Notes: generated by a model not told the origin, from the letters alone. Shown: positions 29,619-38,868, numbered from the stretch's first letter. The stretch is DNA of 64,000 nucleotides from an uncultured Oscillospiraceae bacterium (GCA_964467585.1 CAYXRF010000011.1:1645-65644); one strand, 5' to 3'. Numbers and translations are program-made.

Positions 29619-29780
29619 ATGACGTCATATTACATATTTGCAGCATTATGTCTTATATATAACGGCTGCTATTTCATACACTGTATAAAGAGAAAGCGTG
29701 TTTCAGCGGCGATAGGTTCAATACTGTTGATGCTTGCCATCGCCGCATTTCCGTTGATGATTATGCTTCAAAAGCACTGA
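29619..29780 (+). CDS. Small two-TM membrane protein (53 aa) directly downstream of gerC
   Basis: Not in the ORF track because it is under 60 aa. ATG at 29619 follows GGAGAGAG (29606-29613). Product is MTSYYIFAALCLIYNGCYFIHCIKRKRVSAAIGSILLMLAIAAFPLMIMLQKH: two hydrophobic helices separated by KRKR. Confidence 0.45.
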   Translation: MTSYYIFAALCLIYNGCYFIHCIKRKRVSAAIGSILLMLAIAAFPLMIMLQKH

Positions 29781-29803
29781 AAAAGTTATATTCTTAAATA
29801 CTA

Positions 29804-29832
29804 TTGAAAAAGTCCCCAATATGGGTTATTCT
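29804..29832 (+). promoter_or_regulatory. Candidate sigma-A promoter for mscL
   Basis: TTGAAA (29804-29809), 17-nt spacer, TATTCT (29827-29832). The -10 hexamer is weak. Confidence 0.35.
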
Positions 29833-29861
29833 GTCTCTGAATGAACAAGGGGGTGTCTTTT

Positions 29862-30356
29862 ATGTCAAAAAAAAGCAATATATTTAAAGAATTCAAAAAG
29901 TTCGCATTCAAAGGCAACGTAATTGACCTCGCCGTTGGCGTTATGATTGGCGCGGCGTTTGGCAGCATTGTTACGTCCCTTGTAAATGATATAGTTATGC
30001 CTGTATTCGGGCTGATTATCGGCACTGAAAATCTTGATCAGCTATATTTGGTGCTTAAAGCGCCTGCGGATGGTACAAGCATTGCCGGGCTGTCGCTTGC
30101 TGATGCACAGGCTGCCGGCGCGACTGTAATGGCATATGGTAAATTTATTGCTGCGATCATTAACTTCCTGCTGATTGCGATAATCATATTTGTGATCGTC
30201 AGTCTTATCAAAAAAGCTGCGTCTCTCGGCAAAAAAAAGGAAGAAGAGGCTCCCACAAAGCCTGCTCGTATTTGCCCGTATTGCCGTCAGGAGGTCGCGG
30301 ACGACGCAACCCGCTGCCCGCATTGCACCTCCGATATATCTGCCGATGCTCGGTAG
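29862..30356 (+). CDS. mscL: Large-conductance mechanosensitive channel MscL with C-terminal zinc-ribbon extension
   Basis: FKEFKKFAFKGNVIDLAVGVMIGAAFGSIVTSLVNDIVMP is the canonical MscL TM1 region. The ATG at 29862 lies 8 nt after GGGGG. The tail contains CPYCRQEV-x8-CPHC. Confidence 0.88.
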   Translation: MSKKSNIFKEFKKFAFKGNVIDLAVGVMIGAAFGSIVTSLVNDIVMPVFGLIIGTENLDQLYLVLKAPADGTSIAGLSLADAQAAGATVMAYGKFIAAIINFLLIAIIIFVIVSLIKKAASLGKKKEEEAPTKPARICPYCRQEVADDATRCPHCTSDISADAR

Positions 30357-30424
30357 TATGATGAAGTGCCGCAAGGCTTTCATATAACACAAAATAACGT
30401 GCTTGTGAAAAGGAGATTTTTTTC

Positions 30425-31639
30425 ATGGCTAAAATTCAGATGAAGACACCGTTGGTTGAGATGGACGGAGACGAAATGACGCGAATCATTTGGTCAATGC
30501 TCAAAGAGCATCTCATTTGCCCATTCATAGATCTCAAGACAGAGTACTATGACCTTGGGTTGGTGAAGCGCGATGAGACAGACGACCAGATCACCATTGA
30601 CGCCGCAAACGCCTGCAAGAAGTATGGCGTTGGCGTCAAGTGCGCGACCATTACGCCAAATGCGCAGCGCATGACTGAGTACAGCCTCAAGAGAATGTAC
30701 AAGAGCCCAAACGGCACAATCCGTGCCATACTTGACGGCACTGTTTTCCGCACGCCGATAACCATGGATTGCCTCAAGCCCTCTGTCCGCTCTTGGACAA
30801 AGCCCATCACGATCGCCCGTCACGCATACGGCGATATATACAAGGATACAGAGTTCCGTGTACCTTGTCCCGGCAAAGCGGAGCTTAAATTCACCGACAA
30901 CAACGGCAAGGTGCTTTTTGACGAAACCGTGTTTGATTTTAAGTGCCCCGGCGTTCTGCTCGGTCAATACAACAAAGACGATTCAATCGAAAGCTTTGCT
31001 CATGCCTGCTTCAAGTTTGCGATTTCAATCAAGCAGGATCTTTGGTTCTCCGCAAAGGATACAATTTCAAAAAAATACGACCAGACCTTCAAAGAAATAT
31101 TCCAGAGCATATTCGAAAAGGATTACAAAGCCCAGTTTGAAGAATTGGGCATCACCTACTTCTACACGCTGATTGATGATGCTGTCGCACGCGTCATTCG
31201 TTCAAACGGCGGCTTTATCTGGGCATGCAAAAACTATGACGGCGATGTTATGAGCGACATGGTTGCCACGGCGTTCGGCAGTCTTGCCATGATGACAAGC
31301 GTTCTCGTATCTCCGGATGGCAACTACGAGTATGAGGCGGCGCACGGCACGGTGACAAAGCATTACTACAAGTATAGGGACGGCGAGACAACGTCAACAA
31401 ACTCTATGGCTACAATATTCGCGTGGAGCGGTGCATTGCGCAAGAGGGGTGAGATGGATAATCTTCCTGAGCTTATCCACTTTGCCGATATGCTTGAAAA
31501 GGCTTCCCTTGACACTATCAAGAGCGGCCATATGACAAAGGACTTGGCGTTGCTTGCCGACATGGAAGACAAGCATATCGAGTCTACCGAGGGCTTCATA
31601 ATCAAGATTAAAGAGAATCTTGAGAAGCTTCTTGCGTAA
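30425..31639 (+). CDS. icd: NADP-dependent isocitrate dehydrogenase (eukaryotic IDH1/2-like type)
   Basis: 404 aa. VEMDGDEMTRIIW, KCATITPN, IARHAYGD, NYDGDVMSD are hallmarks of the about 400-aa homodimeric IDH subfamily. Confidence 0.92.
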   Translation: MAKIQMKTPLVEMDGDEMTRIIWSMLKEHLICPFIDLKTEYYDLGLVKRDETDDQITIDAANACKKYGVGVKCATITPNAQRMTEYSLKRMYKSPNGTIRAILDGTVFRTPITMDCLKPSVRSWTKPITIARHAYGDIYKDTEFRVPCPGKAELKFTDNNGKVLFDETVFDFKCPGVLLGQYNKDDSIESFAHACFKFAISIKQDLWFSAKDTISKKYDQTFKEIFQSIFEKDYKAQFEELGITYFYTLIDDAVARVIRSNGGFIWACKNYDGDVMSDMVATAFGSLAMMTSVLVSPDGNYEYEAAHGTVTKHYYKYRDGETTSTNSMATIFAWSGALRKRGEMDNLPELIHFADMLEKASLDTIKSGHMTKDLALLADMEDKHIESTEGFIIKIKENLEKLLA

Positions 31640-31654
31640 ACATCGGAGGATTTG

Positions 31655-32161
31655 ATGAGTTTATATTCTGATTGGCATGAGTTAGCTTCTGCCGAACGTG
31701 ACGAACATGATAATGCACGCTTCTGGGACGAATATTTTGCTGCCGAGAAGGAGCTTTATCAGCGCGTCTTAGAACAACACGAAAATACTTTTTCCGGCAC
31801 ATATGATGCGCTTGCGGATGAATTCGGTTGGGATAAAACCTATTTTATGGGGTTCCTTGACGGCGCAAACACAAGCCTAAAGGAGGCTTGTGACCTTGAA
31901 TCTGTTGAACACGACACACAGATAGCACTCGCTTTTGACTTTGACAGGCTTTACTATAACATGCTTGAGGCGAAAGCGCCTTGGCTTTATGAAATGCCTG
32001 AGTGGGATGCTGTTTTAAGTGAAGAAAAGCGTCACGAGATACTTCACGGCTGGCGTGCATCAAAGGTTTTTGTTGCAGATAAAAAGGTTGGGCCAAACGA
32101 TCCATGCCCCTGCGGGAGCGGTAAAAAGTACAAAAAGTGCTGCGGCAGAGCTGCTGAATAA
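31655..32161 (+). CDS. SEC-C motif domain protein (unknown function)
   Basis: C-terminal [14 protein letters not shown] (SEC-C metal-binding motif). The N-terminal roughly 140 aa are unassigned. ATG at 31655 follows a GGAGGA RBS. Confidence 0.75.
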   Translation: MSLYSDWHELASAERDEHDNARFWDEYFAAEKELYQRVLEQHENTFSGTYDALADEFGWDKTYFMGFLDGANTSLKEACDLESVEHDTQIALAFDFDRLYYNMLEAKAPWLYEMPEWDAVLSEEKRHEILHGWRASKVFVADKKVGPNDPCPCGSGKKYKKCCGRAAE

Positions 32162-32183
32162 TTGCCAAGCATAACATGACGAC

Positions 32184-32215
32184 AAAAGCCGAGCCCTGTT
32201 TGGACTCGGCTTTTT
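32184..32215. terminator. Bidirectional rho-independent terminator
   Basis: AAAAGCCGAGCCC, tgttt loop, GGACTCGGCTTTTT. There is one mismatch in a 9-bp GC-rich stem. It lies between convergent genes. Confidence 0.75.
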
Positions 32216-32242
32216 GTGCATGCCTTTATGGGGACGATAAAC

Positions 32243-34099
32243 TTAGACTGTGGCGTTCAACAAATTGTAAAGCGCGGATACGTCGCCAAAGCTTATTATA
32301 CCGTCTTGGTTAACATCCGCGTTAATGGTACCCTGCGCGGACAGTATCGCACCGCTGACGATTGAAGCGTAAAGGGTTGACACATCGGCAAAGCTGACAA
32401 TTCCGTCACAGTTAACATCTCCAATAAGGACGGAGGCACTGTATTGTGCCGTTACAGTGAGGTCGCTTGCAACGTTGCTGAAATCAACATCCCAGCCCGT
32501 GAATGTGTAGCCGGCGCGAGAAGGATCTGCGGGAGCAATCGCCGCGGAGCCGTATTCAACAGTCTGCGCGGAAAGAACAGCGCCATCCCAATCAACAAAG
32601 GTTACCGTATAATGGTTGATTGAATAAACCGCAGTGATTGTCATATCGGAGGAAACGGATGAGAATGCGATGTCCCATCCCGTAAACGTGTAACCCTCAC
32701 GCACGGGGTTGCTTGGTGCGGTTGCAGAAGAACCGTATGTTACTATCTGAGAGGACAGGGTAAGACCATTCCAGTCAACAAAGGTAACAGTATAGCTGTT
32801 GATTGTGTATTGTGCGGTTACAGTGAGATCAGCGGTAACGTTGTCAAACGCGGTATCCCAACCTGTGAAGGTATAGCCCACGCGTGAAGGATTGACGGGA
32901 GCCGTCGCCGCGGCGCCATCGTTAACGGTTTGAGACGAAAGCACAGAGCCGTCCCAATCAACAAAATTAACCGTATGTGTAACGGGCGGAACATAATTAC
33001 CGGAGACCTCAAATGCAGGGAAGCCCGTTGTTGAGTCAACACCGTTTGTTATCGCTCCGTTTGAAAATGAGCCGATAACAACCTCAAGATTATCGGCGAT
33101 TGACGAACCATCGCTCTCGGTACAATACACGGGCACAGCCATAGTATAGCGCGTGCAGCCAACGTAAAAATGTTCAACCTCAGAATCGAGTACAAGTCGT
33201 TTGCAATATACAAGCGCGGCATAATTGGCGGAGCTGAGGGGAGTGGATAAAATGCTAACGCTGCTTCCGCTTATCGTGGTGGTAAAATAACTCCAAAGGC
33301 TTGTGCTTCCTGCATTTATCACTATATTACTGTTTGTTATCGTTAGATGACCGTATTGAATGATAATACCCTTGGCGTATCCCCACTGATCGCCTGATAC
33401 GTTTTGAATGTTTATGTTGCAATTGTCTATAAGCAGTGTCATTGCGGTTGCTTCCGTAACGCCGCCAATGGGCAGATAGCCATTTACATATATCCCGCAG
33501 CCACCCTCATAGGTGTTGATGGTGGCGTTTGTAAGCTCCATACCATTATGACCGTAAACACACTCCTCAAGCGTTGCCGCAGTGCTGCCCGTGCGTTCCA
33601 TTGCATAGCAGTTGAGCGTTATGCCATCGATATACAGAACTTCAGATGTGTCGTTAACACCGCCCATGGGAGCGCATACGCAGTAGCCGTCATACTGCTC
33701 GGCATAAAGGTTGAGAGTGCCTGTGCCCTGAACACGCAGATAACCGTCGCAGCTTCCGCTCAGCACATCGCAGTCCGCCCCCATAAGAGCGTTGTCAATG
33801 TAGCAGTCGCCGTTAACAATAACGGTGGTGTTGGCGGGTGCAAGAATTGGTGCGCTGTGGGCGGTTGAAAGCCCATATGAGTTGAGCGTAAGCAGCGGAC
33901 TGCCGCTGCTCCCCGTTGGGTTGTATGCCCAGCCCTCGGCAGTTGACGAAGCAGAGGACGTGTAACCCGTGAGGTCCAGCTTTGTTGTGCGCTGAACGGT
34001 GGACTGAGCAGAAAGTGCAAACGCAGCGGTCGGCAATGCGCTAAGCACTGCAAAAGAAATCATGAGTGCGACAATGAGAACTGAAAGAGTACGTTTCAT
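32243..34099 (-). CDS. Secreted protein: beta-helix-like N-terminal region, 3x Listeria-Bacteroides repeats, type I dockerin
   Basis: Signal peptide MKRTLSVLIVALMISFAVLSALPTAAFA. The N-terminal 370 aa are rich in short repeats such as NCNINIQNV and ITNSNIVINAG, resembling a parallel beta-helix. Three 61-aa YTVTFVDW(D/N)G...GYTFTGWD repeats follow. Dockerin segments are DVNCDGIVSFADV and DVNQDGIISFGDV. Confidence 0.85.
   Translation of the reverse strand: MKRTLSVLIVALMISFAVLSALPTAAFALSAQSTVQRTTKLDLTGYTSSASSTAEGWAYNPTGSSGSPLLTLNSYGLSTAHSAPILAPANTTVIVNGDCYIDNALMGADCDVLSGSCDGYLRVQGTGTLNLYAEQYDGYCVCAPMGGVNDTSEVLYIDGITLNCYAMERTGSTAATLEECVYGHNGMELTNATINTYEGGCGIYVNGYLPIGGVTEATAMTLLIDNCNINIQNVSGDQWGYAKGIIIQYGHLTITNSNIVINAGSTSLWSYFTTTISGSSVSILSTPLSSANYAALVYCKRLVLDSEVEHFYVGCTRYTMAVPVYCTESDGSSIADNLEVVIGSFSNGAITNGVDSTTGFPAFEVSGNYVPPVTHTVNFVDWDGSVLSSQTVNDGAAATAPVNPSRVGYTFTGWDTAFDNVTADLTVTAQYTINSYTVTFVDWNGLTLSSQIVTYGSSATAPSNPVREGYTFTGWDIAFSSVSSDMTITAVYSINHYTVTFVDWDGAVLSAQTVEYGSAAIAPADPSRAGYTFTGWDVDFSNVASDLTVTAQYSASVLIGDVNCDGIVSFADVSTLYASIVSGAILSAQGTINADVNQDGIISFGDVSALYNLLNATV
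32432..32980 (-). repeat. Three tandem 61-codon coding repeats (Listeria-Bacteroides type)
   Basis: Residues 374-556 of the 618-aa protein form 3 x 61 aa with conserved VTFVDWDG, APxxPxRxGYTFTGWD and LTVTAQY. Confidence 0.8.
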
Positions 34100-34303
34100 A
34101 TCCTTAAAAACCTCCTGAAAAAGTCGGACTAATTATGTCACTTATTATGTCGAATGTCAATGTTTGCACAATAAAAGCACGAGACGAATTGTTCAGGGGG
34201 GAGTCGCTTATATACCTTATATGGTTTTGATGAGGACAACGCTAAAACAGATTATTGTGCGCGGCGCGAACAGCTTGGATTTGCAATCATCATCCTTTTG
34301 AAA

Positions 34304-35365
34304 TCATGGCGCAAAGCTTACACTGCCGGACGATGACGTTATTCCTGCCACTTCAGCGATAGCGCGTGCAAGGTATGGCATCGCCGCAAGCGCCTCCTCA
34401 AGCGTATTTGCGTTATGTCCAACCTCAACGAGTATGCACTTGTTTGAAACGTGTTGATTATACCTGCCCGATTTTACACGAACCTTGCGCATCAGATGAT
34501 CATTGTAGCTGAGAAGCGTTTCGGTGAGATTTACCGCAAGCGCATAGTTTGATTCAAAATCCGGAAGCGGCTCGCTGCCGTTTCCCGTGGCGCCCTTTCC
34601 GGTGCCAACAACAAACATCATTCGTGCAACCTGTACTCCGTCTATCACGGCGTAATCGGTGTTAACTCCGTTAATCTCATATGCGTCTCTGTGCAGATCT
34701 ATATACATCTCAAGAGATGGATAAAGCTGCTTGTAGTATTCCATAGTGATAAGCGAACGCGAATATGCCGTTGTGATAAGCGGAGGTTCATGCTCCGTGG
34801 TGTCGTGTATAACCTCAATACCGTAGTCCTCCCGAAGAATACGCGCAAGCTCATCACCAACCGCTATCACACTGCGGGTGACGTCGTTTGTACGCCAGTC
34901 ACCGCTCTCGACATAAGAATATTTATCCGTCTGCGTATACGCTTCGGTATTGTGAGTGTGATATATCAATATTTTTGGGCCGCCGCCGGAAAGATCAAGC
35001 TTGTTTATACTGTCGATAAGCTCTGCGGTTACGCCCATAAGCTGAATAACAATGTCCTGGCTGACGTCCGAATCCACATCGGCAAGACGTATCGAAAGCT
35101 CGGTAGCGGCAGGGGTCTCCAAAGCCTCTTGACGCGAGGCATATGAGGTTGATTGGATATCGAACAGAGGCTCGGTCAGCCCCGTCATAATCATCAGAAT
35201 ATCACTCGAAAATAGGGAGGATATCAGTAAAAGCAGCATGGCAAACACACCCGCTATAAGCGCGGCGGTACGCTCTACATATTTGCGGCTGACGCCCGTG
35301 GGCTTTTTTTCGTTTGCAGTCTGTGCGGAATCCGCCCCTCTGCGTTTTGCGTGAACTCTATCCAT
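34304..35365 (-). CDS. spoIIP: Stage II sporulation protein P (SpoIIP family amidase/peptidase)
   Basis: N-terminal TM helix, ILIYHTHNTEAYT motif and a C-terminal amidase-like region (ILVEVGHNANTLEEA). The ATG at 35365 has a weak GGCGGTG RBS. The longest ORF starts at 35401 with no RBS. Confidence 0.83.
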   Translation of the reverse strand: MDRVHAKRRGADSAQTANEKKPTGVSRKYVERTAALIAGVFAMLLLLISSLFSSDILMIMTGLTEPLFDIQSTSYASRQEALETPAATELSIRLADVDSDVSQDIVIQLMGVTAELIDSINKLDLSGGGPKILIYHTHNTEAYTQTDKYSYVESGDWRTNDVTRSVIAVGDELARILREDYGIEVIHDTTEHEPPLITTAYSRSLITMEYYKQLYPSLEMYIDLHRDAYEINGVNTDYAVIDGVQVARMMFVVGTGKGATGNGSEPLPDFESNYALAVNLTETLLSYNDHLMRKVRVKSGRYNQHVSNKCILVEVGHNANTLEEALAAMPYLARAIAEVAGITSSSGSVSFAP

Positions 35366-35538
35366 AAGATCACCGCCTTCAATAAAATCCGAACTTATCA
35401 TATATATATGCGGACAAGCTCTGTATGATACCGAATATAAAATCTTTTCAAAAGTAGTTTACGGATGGGTCGATGTGTACTATAATCATATTGAGGACGT
35501 GTTGCGGCACGACTAACTAAATGCATAGGTGGTAAAAA

Positions 35539-36438
35539 GTGAAAAAACGTTTGTTGATAATATCTGTGCTGTTGATCTGCATGGCGTTGGTGCTTGCATT
35601 GCCCGCGCATGCCGATTTTGGCGGATTCTCGGGGGACAGCGACTATGGCGGAGGCGGAAGCTCCGATTACAGCGGAGGCTACGATTACGGCGACAGCAGC
35701 TACGATTCGGGATACTACGGCGGCAGCTCGGGCGGCGACGACTTTTTTATCGGGGGTCTTGCGGTTGTCGTTGTGATAGTACTGGTGATTGTATTCTCCA
35801 TCAAAAACAAAAAGAAGGGTGGGGCAGGCGTGCCTGCCGGCGCGTCACGCACACCATTGTCTCAGCTTCAGCCCATGGCTGCTTACATCAATCTTGATCC
35901 CGCATTTAATGCTGCGGATGTTCAGTCAAAGCTTACCAACCTTTATGTTCAGCTGCAAAACTGCTGGACGGCAAAGGACATTGAGCCGTTGCGCCCAAAT
36001 CTGACCAATATGCTGTATGAGCAATCAGAGCGACAGCTTGCGGAGATTCGCAGCAAAAATCAGACGCCACACGTTGAGCGCATTGCAGTGCTTGGCGTTC
36101 AGCTCAATGGCTGGTATCAGTCCGAAGGACAGGATCATATAATTGCAGAGCTTAGCACGCGCATATCGGTGTTTACCACCGATGATGGCACGGGGGCAAT
36201 TGTTAAGGGCAATCCCAATGAAGAAAAGTTCATGACATACGAGTGGGATATATGTCGCACAACCGGCGCAAAAACAAACAAAGCCGCCGCCGCACAGGAT
36301 TTCCACTGCCCGAACTGCGGCGCACCGATGTCTATCAACCAAAGCGCCAAATGCCCATACTGTGGCTCGGTAGTTATTGTGAGCGATTATGACTGGGTTA
36401 TTTCAAACATCAAGGGGCTTATGCAGAGAACTCAATAA
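35539..36438 (+). CDS. Membrane protein with Gly/Ser/Asp/Tyr-rich ectodomain, Tim44-like domain and C-terminal zinc ribbon
   Basis: GTG start after an AGGTGG RBS. Signal peptide ends LALPAHA. A low-complexity segment (DFGGFSGDSDYGGGGSSDYSGGYDYGDSSYDSGYYGGSSGGDD) is followed by a TM helix. NAADVQSKLTNLYVQLQNCWTAKDIEPLRPNLT... resembles Tim44-like domains. The C-terminus has CPNCGAP...CPYCGS. Confidence 0.75.
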   Translation: MKKRLLIISVLLICMALVLALPAHADFGGFSGDSDYGGGGSSDYSGGYDYGDSSYDSGYYGGSSGGDDFFIGGLAVVVVIVLVIVFSIKNKKKGGAGVPAGASRTPLSQLQPMAAYINLDPAFNAADVQSKLTNLYVQLQNCWTAKDIEPLRPNLTNMLYEQSERQLAEIRSKNQTPHVERIAVLGVQLNGWYQSEGQDHIIAELSTRISVFTTDDGTGAIVKGNPNEEKFMTYEWDICRTTGAKTNKAAAAQDFHCPNCGAPMSINQSAKCPYCGSVVIVSDYDWVISNIKGLMQRTQ

Positions 36439-36472
36439 CAATGCTTTTGAGATGAACAGGCATTCAACAAAT

Positions 36473-36508
36473 ATGCTGCCGCGAACACATCGCGGCAGCA
36501 TTCTTTTA
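36473..36508. terminator. Bidirectional rho-independent terminator
   Basis: ATGCTGCCGCGA, acaca loop, TCGCGGCAGCAT: a perfect 12-bp stem followed by TCTTTT. It lies between convergent genes. Confidence 0.8.
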
Positions 36509-36521
36509 GAGCGATAATGCT

Positions 36522-38192
36522 TCATGAGTTTGACTGCTTCGGAAAGCGCACGGTTATGATTGTGCCGACTCCAACGGTGCTGTCAAGCTTGATCTCCGCA
36601 TTGTGATATAAAACAGCGTGCTTTACGATAGAAAGCCCAAGTCCCGTTCCGCCGGTTTCTTTCGAATGGCTTTTGTCAACGCGATAGAATCGTTCAAACA
36701 CCCTTGACTGTGATTCAATGGGTATACCTATTCCGGAGTCGCTGACCTCAAGCATAACGCCGTCCGCCAAATCCTCAACATTGACCTTTACGCTTCCGCC
36801 TTCGACATTGTACTTGACAGCATTATCACACAGATTGAAAACAATCTCCTGAAGCAGCCGCCTTACGCCTACAACCGTGGCGGAGCTGCCGTCAACGGTG
36901 ATTATGATATGTTTTTTGCTTGCGGCGGGCATAAGCGATTCAACCGTTTCGTCCGCGAGCGCACGGATATCAACCGCTTCCTTTTCCATATAAACGTCCT
37001 CGTCAAGCTGCGAAAGCCTGATTATGTCGTTGATAAGAGTTACAAGCCGCGACGCCTCAGAATGGATATGACCAATAAATCGAGGCAAATCCTCTTGCTT
37101 AACAAGCCCGTTTTCAATAAGCTCCGCGGAACCGATTATTGATTGCAAAGGAGTTTTCAACTCGTGTGACACATTCGCAGAGAATTCACGTCTTTGCTTC
37201 TCCGCAAGCGATTTTGCGGTGACGTCAAAAGCAAGTATACATACGCCGTCATACTTGTCAGCGTGCATAACCGGACTTGCGTTAAGCTGGTATATGCCGC
37301 CGTTCATATCAACGGATGTTTCACAATGTCGTCCCTCAAGAGCGCGGCATACGATTGTGCGAAGCTCCGACCTGCGGCATATTGAAAGAAGCTCGTCCCC
37401 GATGCAAGAGCTGTCTGCAGCAAAAAGACGCATTGCAGCTTGATTTATGGCAAGTATTGAGCCCTTGGCATTTATCAGCACAAGTCCCTCGTTCATGCTG
37501 TCGGTAATGGTTGAAAACTCTTCCTGACTGCGCTTCAGCTCATCTGCCTGCTTGGCAATATACAAACGTTGATGCTCAATCTTTGTAAGAAAGGGCGACA
37601 GCTCCTTGTATGCTCCGCCGTTATCCATCGGACTCTCCATGTCAATATTGTTAAACGGACGAACTATACTTTTTGACGCCTGGTATGCCGCTCCTGCTGA
37701 AATTGCGATTGCAACCACAAGTATAACGGTGACGGGCTGAAGCATACCCATAACAAGCGCAACAACGGTGTACTGCTCCATAGCAAGCCTGATCACCGTT
37801 CCGTCCGAAAGCTGCTTTGCATAGTAAAGAGTGCGCTCGGAAAACGTTGCGGAGGTGCGTTCGCTCTCCCCAACGCCAAGCGACAGCGCCTCGGATATTT
37901 CCTCGCGTGAGGCGTGATTCTCCATCGTTGTTACATCGTCAACCTGGCTGTCATAAAGCACCGTCCCGTCAGAATTGACCCATGTAATGCGGTATTTGCT
38001 TGTGTCAAGAGAATCAAAATAATCCATGCCCGAATGCTCAACTCCACTTGCGGCAAGTATGGTTTGAGATACAAGCGCGTCCTTTTGAACCGATGTAAAA
38101 TATCGATACAGCACACCCATGATTATTGAAAAGCAGGCGACAAGCACAGCGCAGGCAACCAAAAAAATTGACCAGAATATACGTTTAGTCAT
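36522..38192 (-). CDS. phoR: Sensor histidine kinase, PhoR-like
   Basis: 556 aa. Two TM helices flank an extracytoplasmic loop, followed by a PAS-like region. H-box [13 protein letters not shown]; HATPase N/G boxes ([23 protein letters not shown]). It is the last gene of the pst-phoU-phoP locus. Confidence 0.88.
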   Translation of the reverse strand: MTKRIFWSIFLVACAVLVACFSIIMGVLYRYFTSVQKDALVSQTILAASGVEHSGMDYFDSLDTSKYRITWVNSDGTVLYDSQVDDVTTMENHASREEISEALSLGVGESERTSATFSERTLYYAKQLSDGTVIRLAMEQYTVVALVMGMLQPVTVILVVAIAISAGAAYQASKSIVRPFNNIDMESPMDNGGAYKELSPFLTKIEHQRLYIAKQADELKRSQEEFSTITDSMNEGLVLINAKGSILAINQAAMRLFAADSSCIGDELLSICRRSELRTIVCRALEGRHCETSVDMNGGIYQLNASPVMHADKYDGVCILAFDVTAKSLAEKQRREFSANVSHELKTPLQSIIGSAELIENGLVKQEDLPRFIGHIHSEASRLVTLINDIIRLSQLDEDVYMEKEAVDIRALADETVESLMPAASKKHIIITVDGSSATVVGVRRLLQEIVFNLCDNAVKYNVEGGSVKVNVEDLADGVMLEVSDSGIGIPIESQSRVFERFYRVDKSHSKETGGTGLGLSIVKHAVLYHNAEIKLDSTVGVGTIITVRFPKQSNS

Positions 38193-38256
38193 GACGTGTC
38201 GCCTCCTTTATTCTGTATCCCACGCCGCGAACGGTTTCAATCATGTCTCCACATCC

Positions 38257-38868
38257 TCAAAGCTTCTGTCGCAGAGTACGCACATGCACATCTACTGTTC
38301 GGGTTTCACCGTCATAATCCATGCCCCACACGTCGGACAAAAGTCTTTCGCGTGAAAAAACCATCGCTGGACGGCTCATTAGCATATGAAGAACATCGAA
38401 TTCCTTGAGAGTCAGAGTAACACGTTCACCGTTTACCAGCACGGAATGCTCGTAAGTATTAAGACATATTCCTCCCAAGCTCAATACGGAAGGGTCGGAG
38501 GAGGGGGCGGAACGCCTCAGCACAGCGCGTACACGCGCCGCCATCTCCATCATACCGAACGGCTTGACGAGATAATCGTCTGCGCCAAGGTCAAGACTGA
38601 TTATTTTGTCGAATTCCGCACCCTTGGCTGTCGCCATCAAAACGGGAATATCTGATGTGGCGGGGCTTGCTTTAAGCCGCTTCAAAATCGAAACTCCGTC
38701 CTCGCCGGGCAGCATAACGTCAAGCAGTATAAGTGCGGGAGCCTTCACGCGCAGAGCGTCAAACATGGAAGCTCCGTCCGCAAAGCCCACAGCAGGAAAG
38801 CCAACGGAGGATAGCGTGTAAACCTCAATATCTCGAATTCCGTCGTCGTCCTCAACAACATAAATCAT
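38257..38868 (-). CDS. OmpR/PhoB-family response regulator (PhoP-like), terminated by an in-frame TGA before the conserved C-terminal wing
   Basis: Receiver domain ([27 protein letters not shown]) plus a winged-helix start (LTLKEFDVLHMLM..RTVDVHVRTLRQKL). The TGA at 38257-38259 is followed in the same frame by [23 protein letters not shown], ending at TAA 38185-38187. That frame would give a normal 227-codon regulator overlapping the phoR ATG. Confidence 0.85.
   Translation of the reverse strand: MIYVVEDDDGIRDIEVYTLSSVGFPAVGFADGASMFDALRVKAPALILLDVMLPGEDGVSILKRLKASPATSDIPVLMATAKGAEFDKIISLDLGADDYLVKPFGMMEMAARVRAVLRRSAPSSDPSVLSLGGICLNTYEHSVLVNGERVTLTLKEFDVLHMLMSRPAMVFSRERLLSDVWGMDYDGETRTVDVHVRTLRQKL

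Noticed and set aside
38185-38868. Genome-wide reassignment of UGA (genetic code 4 or 25) as the explanation for the in-frame TGA in the response regulator.
   Set aside because: TGA clearly terminates other well-conserved genes at their expected ends. Examples are kbl at 11829-11831, the M42 peptidase at 49290-49292 and the binding protein at 1594-1596. No other conserved gene in the window needs TGA read as sense.
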